From IMG/VR virus record IMGVR_UViG_3300033076_001536, positions 1 to 25,071 of that record: 25,071 nucleotides of DNA; one strand, given 5' to 3'. Numbering within the stretch: the first letter of the stretch is position 1; every line of letters starts with the position of its first letter. The notes under the pieces were generated by a model. That model did no database searches. It had not been told where the DNA came from and saw nothing but the letters and a program-made list of their open reading frames with translations. This stretch comes from a virus (Duplodnaviria; Caudoviricetes). The translations under genes were made by a program, and so were the position numbers. Of the stretch, positions 8,742 through 17,114 are shown piece by piece.

Positions 8742-9170
8742 ATGGCCTCTTATCCAAACAATCGCGGACTCAAGTCCGAAGACACCACCAAGTTCAAAGC
8801 CCTGCCCGCCGCCGCTGCCACCAACTACAGTGACAGCATCGACCTCGGCACGGATCCCGCCACCCACGGCGTCCTCCTGGAAGGCAAGCTGGAGATCTAT
8901 CTCCCCGCCACTCCTTCCCTCGTGGATGCGAAGACCGTCACCCTCACGCTGCAAGACAGCGCGGATGACTCCACCTTCACCGATGTTACCGGCATCGCCA
9001 CCGTCGTCGCCACGGGCGCCAGCTCCGCCGGAGCCGCCGCCATCACGCGGGAAGTCCCCATCCCCTCCACCCTCCGTCGTTACGTCCGCCTCAAACAGGC
9101 TGTCCTAACTGCTGGCGGAGACAACACCGCCATCTCCACCCGACTCGCCTTCCTTTACGGAGCCTGTTAG
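8742..9170 (+). CDS. Capsid cement/decoration protein (Bbp16-like)
   Basis: 142 aa beta-rich; SDSIDLG, TLQDSADDSTF and RRYVRL motifs; directly after the capsid gene. Confidence 0.72.
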   Translation: MASYPNNRGLKSEDTTKFKALPAAAATNYSDSIDLGTDPATHGVLLEGKLEIYLPATPSLVDAKTVTLTLQDSADDSTFTDVTGIATVVATGASSAGAAAITREVPIPSTLRRYVRLKQAVLTAGGDNTAISTRLAFLYGAC

Positions 9171-9196
9171 GCAAACCCTTTGCTGCCCTGCAAACC

Positions 9197-9262
9197 GCCG
9201 GGGCTGGAAACGTGCCTTCTTCGTCGTTTCCCACGCCCTCCAGCCCCGGCATTTCCCTTTTT
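9197..9262 (+). terminator. Stem-loop, possible terminator or attenuator
   Basis: Perfect 12-bp stem GCCGGGGCTGGA/TCCAGCCCCGGC (9197-9250), large loop, followed by ATTTCCCTTTTT. Confidence 0.45.
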
Positions 9263-9270
9263 CAATTCAC

Positions 9271-9807
9271 ATGCTCACCTTCCTCTACCTCTTCGCCTTC
9301 GCCTCCGCTAACGCCCTGGAAAAACCCGTCCTGCTCTACGCCGGATACGAGCCCGGAGATCAATTCGCCGCCTACAAGCAGGCCAGCCTTTCACCTTGGG
9401 ACCATTTTGTGTTCGGCACTTCTGCTGGATCTGAAGTCCGCGCCCCGCATTCCTTCACCCCGCAAGAACGCGCAGAGTTTAGTGAATGCGTCATCGCTGC
9501 TGCAGAAGCCGCCGCCCGTGCCGCCGCCACCGAAGACACGGAAGAACTGCTCAGTATCACCGAACGCGCCTACACTGCCTACTGCGAAGCTGTAGGCGGT
9601 AAAGCATTCAACGGTGATCCTCTCCCGTCCTGGAAAGAATTTGCCGCGGATCCCGCCAAACAACTCCAAGCCAACGCCTGGGTCCAAGCCCTCGCCGCCG
9701 CCACCGACCAACCCGCCGTTCCTTTGCCCGAACCCGATCCCGCAAAAGAAACCCCGCCCGTCCTCACCCTCCCACCCAACGGAGGCCCAGCCAAGAAGGC
9801 CAAATAA
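9271..9807 (+). CDS. Hypothetical head-region protein
   Basis: 178 aa; C-biased codons; Pro/Lys-rich tail. Confidence 0.7.
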   Translation: MLTFLYLFAFASANALEKPVLLYAGYEPGDQFAAYKQASLSPWDHFVFGTSAGSEVRAPHSFTPQERAEFSECVIAAAEAAARAAATEDTEELLSITERAYTAYCEAVGGKAFNGDPLPSWKEFAADPAKQLQANAWVQALAAATDQPAVPLPEPDPAKETPPVLTLPPNGGPAKKAK

Positions 9808-9841
9808 ACAAGTTGCTAGTTCCGTTCGTTTCATGCTGCCC

Positions 9842-9884
9842 GCCCCTGTCTTGGCCTGACCACCGAGGCAGGGGCTTTTTTCTT
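9842..9884 (+). terminator. Rho-independent terminator
   Basis: GCCCCTGTCTTGG...CCGAGGCAGGGGC followed by TTTTTTCTT. Confidence 0.8.
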
Positions 9885-9885
9885 A

Positions 9886-9913
9886 GTGGCGGCGGCATTC
9901 TGCCCCCAAGCCC
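9886..9913 (+). repeat. REP-like palindrome, copy 3
   Basis: GTGGCGGCGGCATTCTGCCCCCAAGCCC. Confidence 0.8.
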
Positions 9914-9980
9914 AGCACCCGCCCCGCCCTCCGGCCTCCTCACTTTCTCACTCTCTGACTCCATCACTCTCTAATCAGCC

Positions 9981-10373
9981 ATGTCCTTCGCCGCCCTCAC
10001 CGCCCGCCGTCACGCCTCCATTGCCCGCCGTTTCGCGTCTAATGCCGCCGGAGAGCTTCTGAAGGTATTCTTCCCCACCACGCCAGGCGCGCGCGCCACA
10101 GAGTTCCCTGACGCCGTCACGGCCATGCAGGGACAGACCAACAAAGCGGACAAAGACGTCTCCCATCTCCTCGACCAAAAGAAGTCCACCCACACCATTT
10201 CCGTCATCACCGCAGAGTTGCCAGCCGCCTATCGGCGCGGAGATCGGGACTCCATCCCCAAGCAACAAATCCTCAAGCTCGGCCACACCATCGAAACCGC
10301 AGTCTCCTACAAAGTCACCTCCTCCAGCTCCGCCGCCGGCATCACCCAGATCGAATTCGACTCCAACACCTAG
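9981..10373 (+). CDS. Putative head-closure/adaptor protein
   Basis: 130 aa, beta-rich C-terminal half; synteny only. Confidence 0.5.
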   Translation: MSFAALTARRHASIARRFASNAAGELLKVFFPTTPGARATEFPDAVTAMQGQTNKADKDVSHLLDQKKSTHTISVITAELPAAYRRGDRDSIPKQQILKLGHTIETAVSYKVTSSSSAAGITQIEFDSNT

Positions 10374-10378
10374 CCGTC

Positions 10379-10525
10379 ATGTCAATCCTATCCATCATCG
10401 GCCTCTCCATGATCTCCGCCTCCCTCGGCGGCCTTCTCGTTTTCTGGATCAATCATCGGCATCAACGCAGTGAATATCTCCGTGGCTACAAGAACGGCTT
10501 CCAAGCCCTCACCAAACGCAACTAA
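10379..10525 (+). CDS. Small single-TM membrane protein (absent from ORF track)
   Basis: 48 aa MSILSIIGLSMISASLGGLLVFWINHRHQRSEYLRGYKNGFQALTKRN; fills the gap between neighbours. Confidence 0.6.
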   Translation: MSILSIIGLSMISASLGGLLVFWINHRHQRSEYLRGYKNGFQALTKRN

Positions 10526-10555
10526 CACTCCGTCTTCCAAACTCCGTCCTCCGCC

Positions 10556-11314
10556 ATGCAAGCCACCCTCCGCATCAAACCCTCTTCCATCAGAGATCTG
10601 GAGCGCGCGTTGCGGGAGACCATGGCCATGAAAAAAGGAGATCCCGCCGCCCTCGTCAACAAAGCCGCGCAATACGTCACCAGCTTCGCCGCAGCCACCG
10701 GCACCAATGCCAAGATCCCCATCGCAGATCCCGCTAAAATCGAATCAACCCTGCGCCGCATTGTCCATCCCCTAACGCAGCGGAAAAGCCGCGCCATCGG
10801 CAAAGGCAAACGGAAGAAAATCAACCGCGCCGCCGCTGTGCAAAACGAGTGGCGTGGCACCCTGGCCTCCGTCATCATCGCCTCCATTCTCGCAGGCAAG
10901 CAGGGGAAGATTGGTCGGCGTTACGTCAAGCTCGCTCAAAAGCTCACCAAAGGCAAAAACGACAAGGGAGCCACCGCCAACCAATTTTACCGCATCGTTG
11001 CCAAATTCGTCAGGCTCAAACAAAACAGCGTTGGCCTTCACCGCGCCGGCCTGCTCCCCGCCATCAAAGCCTTCCGTGCCAAAGCTGGAGATGCTGCCAT
11101 GCGCCGTTTCAAAGCTCCCCCCGGCTCCGCCACCGCAGCTGAACGGGGCTCCTCCAAAATCATCGCCACCATCACAGACTCCGCCCGCGCCATCACTGAG
11201 ATCGCCCCCAATGCCCTCCGCCAGGCCGAATCCGAAGTCGCCCGGCGCTTCACCAAATGGATCGAAGAAGACCTCCTCAAATGCGCCAAAGCCGAAGGCT
11301 TCAAAACAAACTAA
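10556..11314 (+). CDS. Putative neck/tail-completion protein (very basic)
   Basis: 252 aa Lys/Arg-rich; position typical of gpZ/HK97 gp10-like proteins. Confidence 0.55.
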   Translation: MQATLRIKPSSIRDLERALRETMAMKKGDPAALVNKAAQYVTSFAAATGTNAKIPIADPAKIESTLRRIVHPLTQRKSRAIGKGKRKKINRAAAVQNEWRGTLASVIIASILAGKQGKIGRRYVKLAQKLTKGKNDKGATANQFYRIVAKFVRLKQNSVGLHRAGLLPAIKAFRAKAGDAAMRRFKAPPGSATAAERGSSKIIATITDSARAITEIAPNALRQAESEVARRFTKWIEEDLLKCAKAEGFKTN

Positions 11315-11326
11315 CACACCGCGCAC

Positions 11327-11380
11327 CTGACCTCTGACCTCTGACCTCTGACCTCTGACCTCTGACCTCTGACCTCTGAC
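11327..11380 (+). repeat. (CTGACCT)7 heptamer tandem array
   Basis: Seven perfect units plus CTGAC, intergenic. Confidence 0.95.
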
Positions 11381-11391
11381 TCTCTTACCCA

Positions 11392-11970
11392 ATGAACTTC
11401 TCCCCACTGCCCCCCACCAACGAGCTCCGCGCCTCCATCATCGAGCTGTTAGGCAACGGCATCGCCACTCACCTCGATCCACTCTTTCCCGGCATCCCCA
11501 TCTATGGCGATGACGAACCAGAGAACGCCGTCGCTCCCTACATCGTTGTCGATCTCACAGCCGATCCCCAGCCATGGAAGAAATCCCACTACTGGGCATT
11601 TCGCACCGTTGTTAGGCTAGTCCAACCCATTGCCATCCCGGATGATCCATCCGTCTCCCTGGATTACGATTCGCTCGACCAGGCCACCTACGAGCACAAC
11701 CTCGCCGCCATCATCCTCGGAGCATTCCCCAAGGTCGGCATTGCCTACAACTCCGCATCCCGCGCCACCTACCGCAACCTCAGCGACTGGCTCACCCTCT
11801 CCGCCTCCGTCCTCTCGCATCCACTCGTCCTCTTGGACGTCGCCCAGCTCCACCGGCCAGACAACACCGATGCCGGACTCCCCATCCGCGCCAAAATGGA
11901 AATCGCCGACAACCAAGACCTCGAATTCGATTTCCTCCTCGTCGCCGCCCTGGAAGACACCGAACTCTAG
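11392..11970 (+). CDS. Putative tail terminator protein
   Basis: 192 aa acidic; PIY.DDEP...PYIVV pattern; upstream of tube-like genes. Confidence 0.55.
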   Translation: MNFSPLPPTNELRASIIELLGNGIATHLDPLFPGIPIYGDDEPENAVAPYIVVDLTADPQPWKKSHYWAFRTVVRLVQPIAIPDDPSVSLDYDSLDQATYEHNLAAIILGAFPKVGIAYNSASRATYRNLSDWLTLSASVLSHPLVLLDVAQLHRPDNTDAGLPIRAKMEIADNQDLEFDFLLVAALEDTEL

Positions 11971-12045
11971 CAGGAAATTTAATACCCTGAATAATACCTT
12001 TTTCAGAAACTATTTTCCATTCCCCAAAAATAATTTTTCCACCCT

Positions 12046-12087
12046 CTGACCTCTGACCTCTGACCTCTGACCTCTGACCTCTGACCT
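12046..12087 (+). repeat. (CTGACCT)6 array
   Basis: Six perfect units ending 9 nt before ATG 12097. Confidence 0.95.
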
Positions 12088-12096
12088 CTCCCTCCC

Positions 12097-13731
12097 ATGC
12101 CCGCCACCTGCCCCAGCTTCATTCTCCATTCACTCCAGGACGTTTACCGCTTCGGCCTCCACGCGGAGCCATCCCACATGTTCCTCCACGAGGTCACAGA
12201 TGTCCCGCACCGCGTGCGGGATCGCATCATGAATGAGAACCTTGGCGTCGCCATCTATGAATTCTTCGCCGACGTCGGCATGACCATCAAAGTCGACTGC
12301 CACATCCGCGCCCAGTCCGGCATTCAGAATCAACACCCCGGCTCCGCAGTCAGCACCTCCGTTCTCAACATCCTCTTGGGCGATGCCCCATTTGGTTTCA
12401 GTTACGGCCAGGGCGTCTTCGCCCTCTCCCAGATCCAACGTCGCCGCCCCGCTGGTGAATTCCACCACGTCCCCTTTGAAATCGAATGGCTCTTCCCCGA
12501 AGGTGATCTCTACGGCAGCGGCATCACCGTCGATCCCGACGTCGGCGCTCCCCCGATCGAAATCGGCGGTGGAGATCCCGGCCCCGGCACCATCGATCCC
12601 GGCATCGGAGGAGAAGGCCTCCGCACCTACCGCCTGCACTATCATTTCGAACCCGCCCGCGGCCGCGCCGAATCCAACCGCAACGGCTACGTTACCCGCA
12701 TTCTCAGCTCCGCCACCACGCCGGAAACCATTGCCCCGCTTCTCATCTATCAAAATCCCCCCGGCTACGTTTGGCAATCCACCCCGTCCTCCACCAGCGC
12801 CGTCCCCTCCGGCTGCTACTGGACATCCACAGACTCCACGGCCGATACCGAAGCCAGCGTCCCCGGCATTTACACCCTCACCGGCGTCTATCAGCTCGAA
12901 GGCTCAGAGACCGAAGGCATATGGCTCTACGAACACGCCGATCTCGTTGCCAGCCCAAAAGAACAGGACACCACCGCCTACGGCACCGACGTCATCGTCG
13001 TCCGCTACACCAACGGAACGAAACGCATCATCCTCGGAGACCTGCCCAACCTCGCTGCCGTCCGCACCCATCTAGGATTAGCCAACAACTCTACCTTCAC
13101 CGCCGTTTACTCCGCCAAGACCGCCACCTATTACCACGGAGAAGCCGTCGCCGGGCTGGATGAACTCGCCTTCTGGCGTTTTACCAAAGACCAACCGGTT
13201 GCCCAAAATTACCTGCAAATTTACGAAATCTTCGGCAGCCGCACCCCCGCCTCCAACTATCATTATCTGCGCTGCACCTACAACCTCTTCGATCCCGACC
13301 TCGTCATGTTCGGTGCGCCCAATCCGCCACCACCAACGCATTACAACCTCGTCACCTCCGCTTCCGCCTACCTCATGGATGGTGATCCCGTCGCCATTTA
13401 CAATTTCAACGACTCGCATTACGACGTCGGGAATTCCTCCGCCGTCTCCGGCATCAGCATCACCCCACCCACCACCGGGGATGATCTCTGGATTTTCCAA
13501 CGCGGCTCCGGTCTCGGCTCCATTTCCAACACCTGGGACTACCTCCGCGCCAACGCCAATACCACCGGCGGCTTCTGGACCGCCATGGGCCACTCCGGTT
13601 CCTACAGTGACGACACCACCAAATACAAAGTCCTCTTCCACGCCAACGGCAACGGAGGCCGGGGAAAATACTACATCGGCTCTTCAGCCATGGGCAATCC
13701 ATGGGACGTCATTGGGCTATCACTTTACTAA
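12097..13731 (+). CDS. Virion protein: tube-like N-terminal domain, Gly/Pro linker and ~370-aa extension
   Basis: 544 aa; first ~135 aa align by eye with 14006..14455; Tyr/Thr/Ser/Gly-rich remainder. Confidence 0.65.
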   Translation: MPATCPSFILHSLQDVYRFGLHAEPSHMFLHEVTDVPHRVRDRIMNENLGVAIYEFFADVGMTIKVDCHIRAQSGIQNQHPGSAVSTSVLNILLGDAPFGFSYGQGVFALSQIQRRRPAGEFHHVPFEIEWLFPEGDLYGSGITVDPDVGAPPIEIGGGDPGPGTIDPGIGGEGLRTYRLHYHFEPARGRAESNRNGYVTRILSSATTPETIAPLLIYQNPPGYVWQSTPSSTSAVPSGCYWTSTDSTADTEASVPGIYTLTGVYQLEGSETEGIWLYEHADLVASPKEQDTTAYGTDVIVVRYTNGTKRIILGDLPNLAAVRTHLGLANNSTFTAVYSAKTATYYHGEAVAGLDELAFWRFTKDQPVAQNYLQIYEIFGSRTPASNYHYLRCTYNLFDPDLVMFGAPNPPPPTHYNLVTSASAYLMDGDPVAIYNFNDSHYDVGNSSAVSGISITPPTTGDDLWIFQRGSGLGSISNTWDYLRANANTTGGFWTAMGHSGSYSDDTTKYKVLFHANGNGGRGKYYIGSSAMGNPWDVIGLSLY

Positions 13732-13794
13732 CCGTAAACCACTTTCCAGGCGCATTGTGAACGTCTGGAATCTTGGACAGTGCAGACAGAGAAC

Positions 13795-13824
13795 GAAGGC
13801 CGGGAAATACGTTTCCCGGCCTTC
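13795..13824. other. Perfect 13-bp hairpin with TACG tetraloop
   Basis: GAAGGCCGGGAAA-TACG-TTTCCCGGCCTTC; no U-tract on the + strand. Confidence 0.8.
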
Positions 13825-13829
13825 ACCCT

Positions 13830-13857
13830 GTGGCGGGGGCATTCTGCCCCCAAGCCC
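13830..13857 (+). repeat. REP-like palindrome, copy 4
   Basis: Identical to copy 1. Confidence 0.85.
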
Positions 13858-13862
13858 AGCAC

Positions 13863-13937
13863 CACAGAGCCACAGAGCCACAGAGCCGCAGAGCCTCAGT
13901 TTCTGACCACTGACTCCTGACTCCTGACCTCTGACCC
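13863..13937 (+). repeat. (CACAGAGC)x3-4 followed by a degenerate CTGACNN x5 array
   Basis: Octamers at 13863-13894; heptamers at 13903-13937. Confidence 0.85.
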
Positions 13938-14005
13938 CTCTGTCTTGACTCCCGCCCCCCACAAACGCCTCTCACACCAACCTCATCTTTTCACCCGCCT
14001 CCACC

Positions 14006-14455
14006 ATGCCAGCCAACGTGCCCTACGCCCTCATCCACGGGACAAATCTCGATACCAACCCCGGCCCCAACGGTGATCTCACCTCCTGTTATTACGACGG
14101 AGCAATCACCTTCAAGCCCAGCCACGAAAACAAGATGCGGATGCGCAATTACCAGGGCGTCAACGCCGCGCATCTCCTCACCACGCCACGTTTTGACCTC
14201 ACCGCCCCCGTCATCCTGAAACAGGAAAACAGCACGTTTGGCAACATTCATCCTGGCTACGGCGTCAGCCGTGCCATCGTCGTCTGCGCCGGAGATCGCG
14301 GCGGGCACGGATTCCCCATGGATACAAACGCCCCCGGCTACTTCATCGTCGGCGACATCTCCAGCAGCGTCGAACTCGGCTCCTACCGCAAGCTCACCCT
14401 GGAGCTCGAGCTCTTCGGCTTCGCCACCACCACCGCCGCCAACGGCGGGGTCTAA
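14006..14455 (+). CDS. Putative major tail (tube) protein
   Basis: 149 aa beta-rich; size and position between terminator and chaperone genes; own TTGAC motif upstream. Confidence 0.55.
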   Translation: MPANVPYALIHGTNLDTNPGPNGDLTSCYYDGAITFKPSHENKMRMRNYQGVNAAHLLTTPRFDLTAPVILKQENSTFGNIHPGYGVSRAIVVCAGDRGGHGFPMDTNAPGYFIVGDISSSVELGSYRKLTLELELFGFATTTAANGGV

Positions 14456-14459
14456 AAGT

Positions 14460-14487
14460 GTGGCATGGGCATCCTGCCCATAAGCCC
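14460..14487 (+). repeat. REP-like palindrome, copy 5 (compensatory variant)
   Basis: GTGGCATGGGCATCCTGCCCATAAGCCC; stem ATGGGCA/TGCCCAT. Confidence 0.8.
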
Positions 14488-14632
14488 CTCACCCATTACC
14501 GTGTCGGTTAGGCCGTCAGGCCTGCCGAGAGCCCCGGACTAGGCTCGTCAATCGCCGCATCATATCCGGATGGTGCGGCGAAACTACATCCCCCCATCAC
14601 CTGCCAATCTTACCCTTCCAACACTAAACGAA

Positions 14633-15067
14633 ATGGCATCCGTCAACAAAGTCATCCTCATCGGGAACATCACCCGCGCCCCAGAACTCCGCTACACGCC
14701 CAAAGGCACCGCTTGCACCGAGATCGGCCTCGCCATCAATCGGAAATGGAAAGATGATAGCGGAGCCACCAAAGAAGAAGTTACGTTTCTCGACATCACC
14801 TTCTGGGGAAAAACCGCCGAGACCATCAGCAAATTTTGCCACAAAGGCGATCCACTCTACGTCGAAGGCCGCCTCCAAATGGACACCTGGGAAGACAAGA
14901 CCAGCGGCCAGAAGCGATCCAAAATCCGGATCATCGCCGAGGAATTCCAATTCCTAAAATCCGCCACCAGCAACGGAGCCAGCAACGGAACCACCGCCCG
15001 CCAAGCCGCCCCAGCAAACACCCCCGCTGCCACCACCACCGGAACCCGCGACGAATACCCCTTCTAA
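14633..15067 (+). CDS. ssb: Single-stranded DNA-binding protein
   Basis: 144 aa from ATG 14633; NKVILIGNITRAPELRYT, KGDPLYVEGRL, C-terminal DEYPF tip. Confidence 0.97.
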   Translation: MASVNKVILIGNITRAPELRYTPKGTACTEIGLAINRKWKDDSGATKEEVTFLDITFWGKTAETISKFCHKGDPLYVEGRLQMDTWEDKTSGQKRSKIRIIAEEFQFLKSATSNGASNGTTARQAAPANTPAATTTGTRDEYPF

Positions 15068-15082
15068 TTTCCCTAGGATGCC

Positions 15083-15235
15083 ATGAGACGATTACTCTGC
15101 TACTTAATTATTATCGTCATCCAACCAATTCACACGATTCTTTTCGTAGGCTACAAGCTGGGTGAATTGTCAAGAAAAGCCATGGGGTTATTCGACCCAT
15201 TGGCTGAATGGGTAAGGAAAGGATTGGCAAAATGA
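15083..15235 (+). CDS. Small AT-rich membrane protein (absent from ORF track)
   Basis: 50 aa MRRLLCYLIIIVIQPIHTILFVGYKLGELSRKAMGLFDPLAEWVRKGLAK; atypical codons. Confidence 0.55.
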   Translation: MRRLLCYLIIIVIQPIHTILFVGYKLGELSRKAMGLFDPLAEWVRKGLAK

Positions 15236-15333
15236 ACCGAGAACTCACGTCCCATTAGTCCCTTCCATCCCCTCCCGCCGCGCACGCCCCATTCTCTCAT
15301 TTTCTCATTCCCTAATTTTCCTTCTCTGCCACC

Positions 15334-16167
15334 ATGATCCTCGACTTCCAAACTGGCGATCCCATTTTTGCCGCTGCCTGCGCCTCACTCGGTATGCCCT
15401 GCCGATTCGATCCCATGGAGCACAAGCCCACCGCCTCCGCCAAGCGCAACCAGCTCTACAAGACCTGGCACATCGCCCGCTCCGAAGACGGCGCGCATGA
15501 TCCCCGCAGCATCCTGGAAGAGCTTTCCAACGGCAACCTCGCCCAGACCGCGCCCGCCCATCCCATTTTCTCAGCCCTGGCTGCGATCGAATCCTACGCC
15601 GCCCTAGCCGCGCATCCCAGTTACGAGCTCTCCCTCGTCCCCTTCTTTCCCACCGCCTTCCGAGCCAAAACTAACCGCATTTGCACCCTCCGCCCCCCAC
15701 GGCAGAATGATGGTCGTTTAAATCACATTGAGCACACACTGGAGCGAAAAATAATAAGGATGGTCCCGCAATACGCCGCCGTAGCCGCCGTCTGCGGCTT
15801 CCGCTTCTACAGCACGATTGGAGAGCCATCCGTCCTCATGAGCGATTCCGTAGCCTTCCCCGGCCTCAGCATCCTCCAGCTCGTCGAATGGTTCAACCAC
15901 TTCGCCTCCATGGCCAACGCCGGCGGCATCATCCATCCCGGCTCCGTCACCGTCGCCCACACCCTCCCCGGATTCCCCCCAGGCGAACACCCAGCCCACT
16001 ACGCCCTAACAGCCATCCGCATCTTCCAAGCCTACTCCCAGGCCCAAGCCCCCACCCGCTTCCTCTTCACCGGCACCTTCTCCGCTCTCGTCCCCACCAA
16101 ACTGGACCCATCCGAGCAAGACCGCACCCTTCGCTTTCTCACCCAAGGCGGCTCCGCCCTCCTCTGA
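15334..16167 (+). CDS. Hypothetical protein with internal duplication
   Basis: 277 aa; two copies of AA..a..G and HP...AL.AI..Y/F motifs; stop supplied by the first heptamer unit. Confidence 0.75.
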   Translation: MILDFQTGDPIFAAACASLGMPCRFDPMEHKPTASAKRNQLYKTWHIARSEDGAHDPRSILEELSNGNLAQTAPAHPIFSALAAIESYAALAAHPSYELSLVPFFPTAFRAKTNRICTLRPPRQNDGRLNHIEHTLERKIIRMVPQYAAVAAVCGFRFYSTIGEPSVLMSDSVAFPGLSILQLVEWFNHFASMANAGGIIHPGSVTVAHTLPGFPPGEHPAHYALTAIRIFQAYSQAQAPTRFLFTGTFSALVPTKLDPSEQDRTLRFLTQGGSALL

Positions 16168-16205
16168 CCTCTGACCTCTGACCTCTGACCTCTGACCTCT
16201 GACCT
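16164..16205 (+). repeat. (CTGACCT)6 array
   Basis: Six perfect units forming almost the whole spacer between two genes. Confidence 0.95.
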
Positions 16206-16210
16206 CTGCC

Positions 16211-16813
16211 ATGCAAAATCCACCACCAGCCACCGACCCCACCGACATCCTCGCCGCCTTCGCCGCTCACAATGCAGCCGCCGCGCAATCCCTCCCACCA
16301 GGAGCCGCCCCGCTCGGTCCCAAGGTCGCCCGCATCCTCGAACTCCTTCGCCTGCTGGAGCCACCTGATCCCGCCCCCGGAGATCCACCACTGCCCCCAG
16401 CTCCAGAAACCGCCCGGGGCGAAATCTGCGAACTCCTCAAATCCCTCTCGTGGCCAGTCCAGACCGCCCACGGCCCCGTCGAAACTCCCCTCATGCTCAC
16501 TCTCGGCAAGCAGGATCTCTGCGAGCGACTCTTCCGGCAGGATGGCGCCGGATCCGAACTCGACCGCCGCTGGATATCCTCCGCCAAGATCATCCTCTAC
16601 GTCGCCTGTCACGACGTCCGCACCTTTGCCTACTACTATTCATCCCTCCCCGGGCAGCTCCTGGCCGTCCATGAATGGTATGATCAACAAATCACCGATC
16701 TCGCCTCCCGCGACCTCCTGGCCGAAACCGCCTACGCCCTCTGGAATGGCCACCGCATCACCATCAGCGTCCCCGCTCCAGCCCCTCATGGAACCCACAC
16801 CTCGGGAAACTAG
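16211..16813 (+). CDS. Tail assembly chaperone (gpG-like)
   Basis: 200 aa ending TCG GGA AAC TAG; upstream of tape measure. Confidence 0.75.
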   Translation: MQNPPPATDPTDILAAFAAHNAAAAQSLPPGAAPLGPKVARILELLRLLEPPDPAPGDPPLPPAPETARGEICELLKSLSWPVQTAHGPVETPLMLTLGKQDLCERLFRQDGAGSELDRRWISSAKIILYVACHDVRTFAYYYSSLPGQLLAVHEWYDQQITDLASRDLLAETAYALWNGHRITISVPAPAPHGTHTSGN

Positions 16814-17031
16814 CATGGCCTGACTGGCAATACCAGATCAGGCCCAAACTCGTCTCCCTCACCGGGCTCACCTGGCATCAAGTCTATCACGAGCTCCCCC
16901 TCTGCGATGCCTACGGCCTCCACCACCAAGCCCTCATCCAGCTAGGCATGGCCACCGCCTGGCCAGCCCAAACCCGCGCCACCGAATCCGCCATCCGCGC
17001 CAAATTCGCCCAGGCATTCAACCAGCAGTAA
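16804..17031 (+). CDS. -1 frameshift extension (gpT-like part of gpGT)
   Basis: Slippery G GGA AAC at 16804-16810; -1 frame open for 73 codons from 16810 (LAWPDWQYQIRPKLVSLTGLTWHQVYHELPL...FNQQ) to TAA 17029-17031; no suitable own start. Confidence 0.82.
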   Translation, partial: GKLAWPDWQYQIRPKLVSLTGLTWHQVYHELPLCDAYGLHHQALIQLGMATAWPAQTRATESAIRAKFAQAFNQQ

Positions 17032-17039
17032 ACGCCCTC

Positions 17040-17080
17040 AAAACCCCGCCGGACAACCTCCCGCGGGGTTTTGTTTTTTT
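17040..17080 (+). terminator. Rho-independent terminator
   Basis: AAAACCCCGC...GCGGGGTTTT followed by GTTTTTTT. Confidence 0.8.
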
Positions 17081-17114
17081 CGTGCCCTTCGTGTTTTTCG
17101 TGGTTCCCCTCCCA

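Noticed and set aside
9103-9172. Second attC (CCTAAC...GTTAGGC)
   Set aside because: No complementary L boxes; lies inside the cement protein coding sequence.
13500-13830. Diversity-generating retroelement target (C-terminal variable region plus downstream hairpin)
   Set aside because: No template repeat differing at adenines and no reverse transcriptase seen in the window; would need a whole-genome search.
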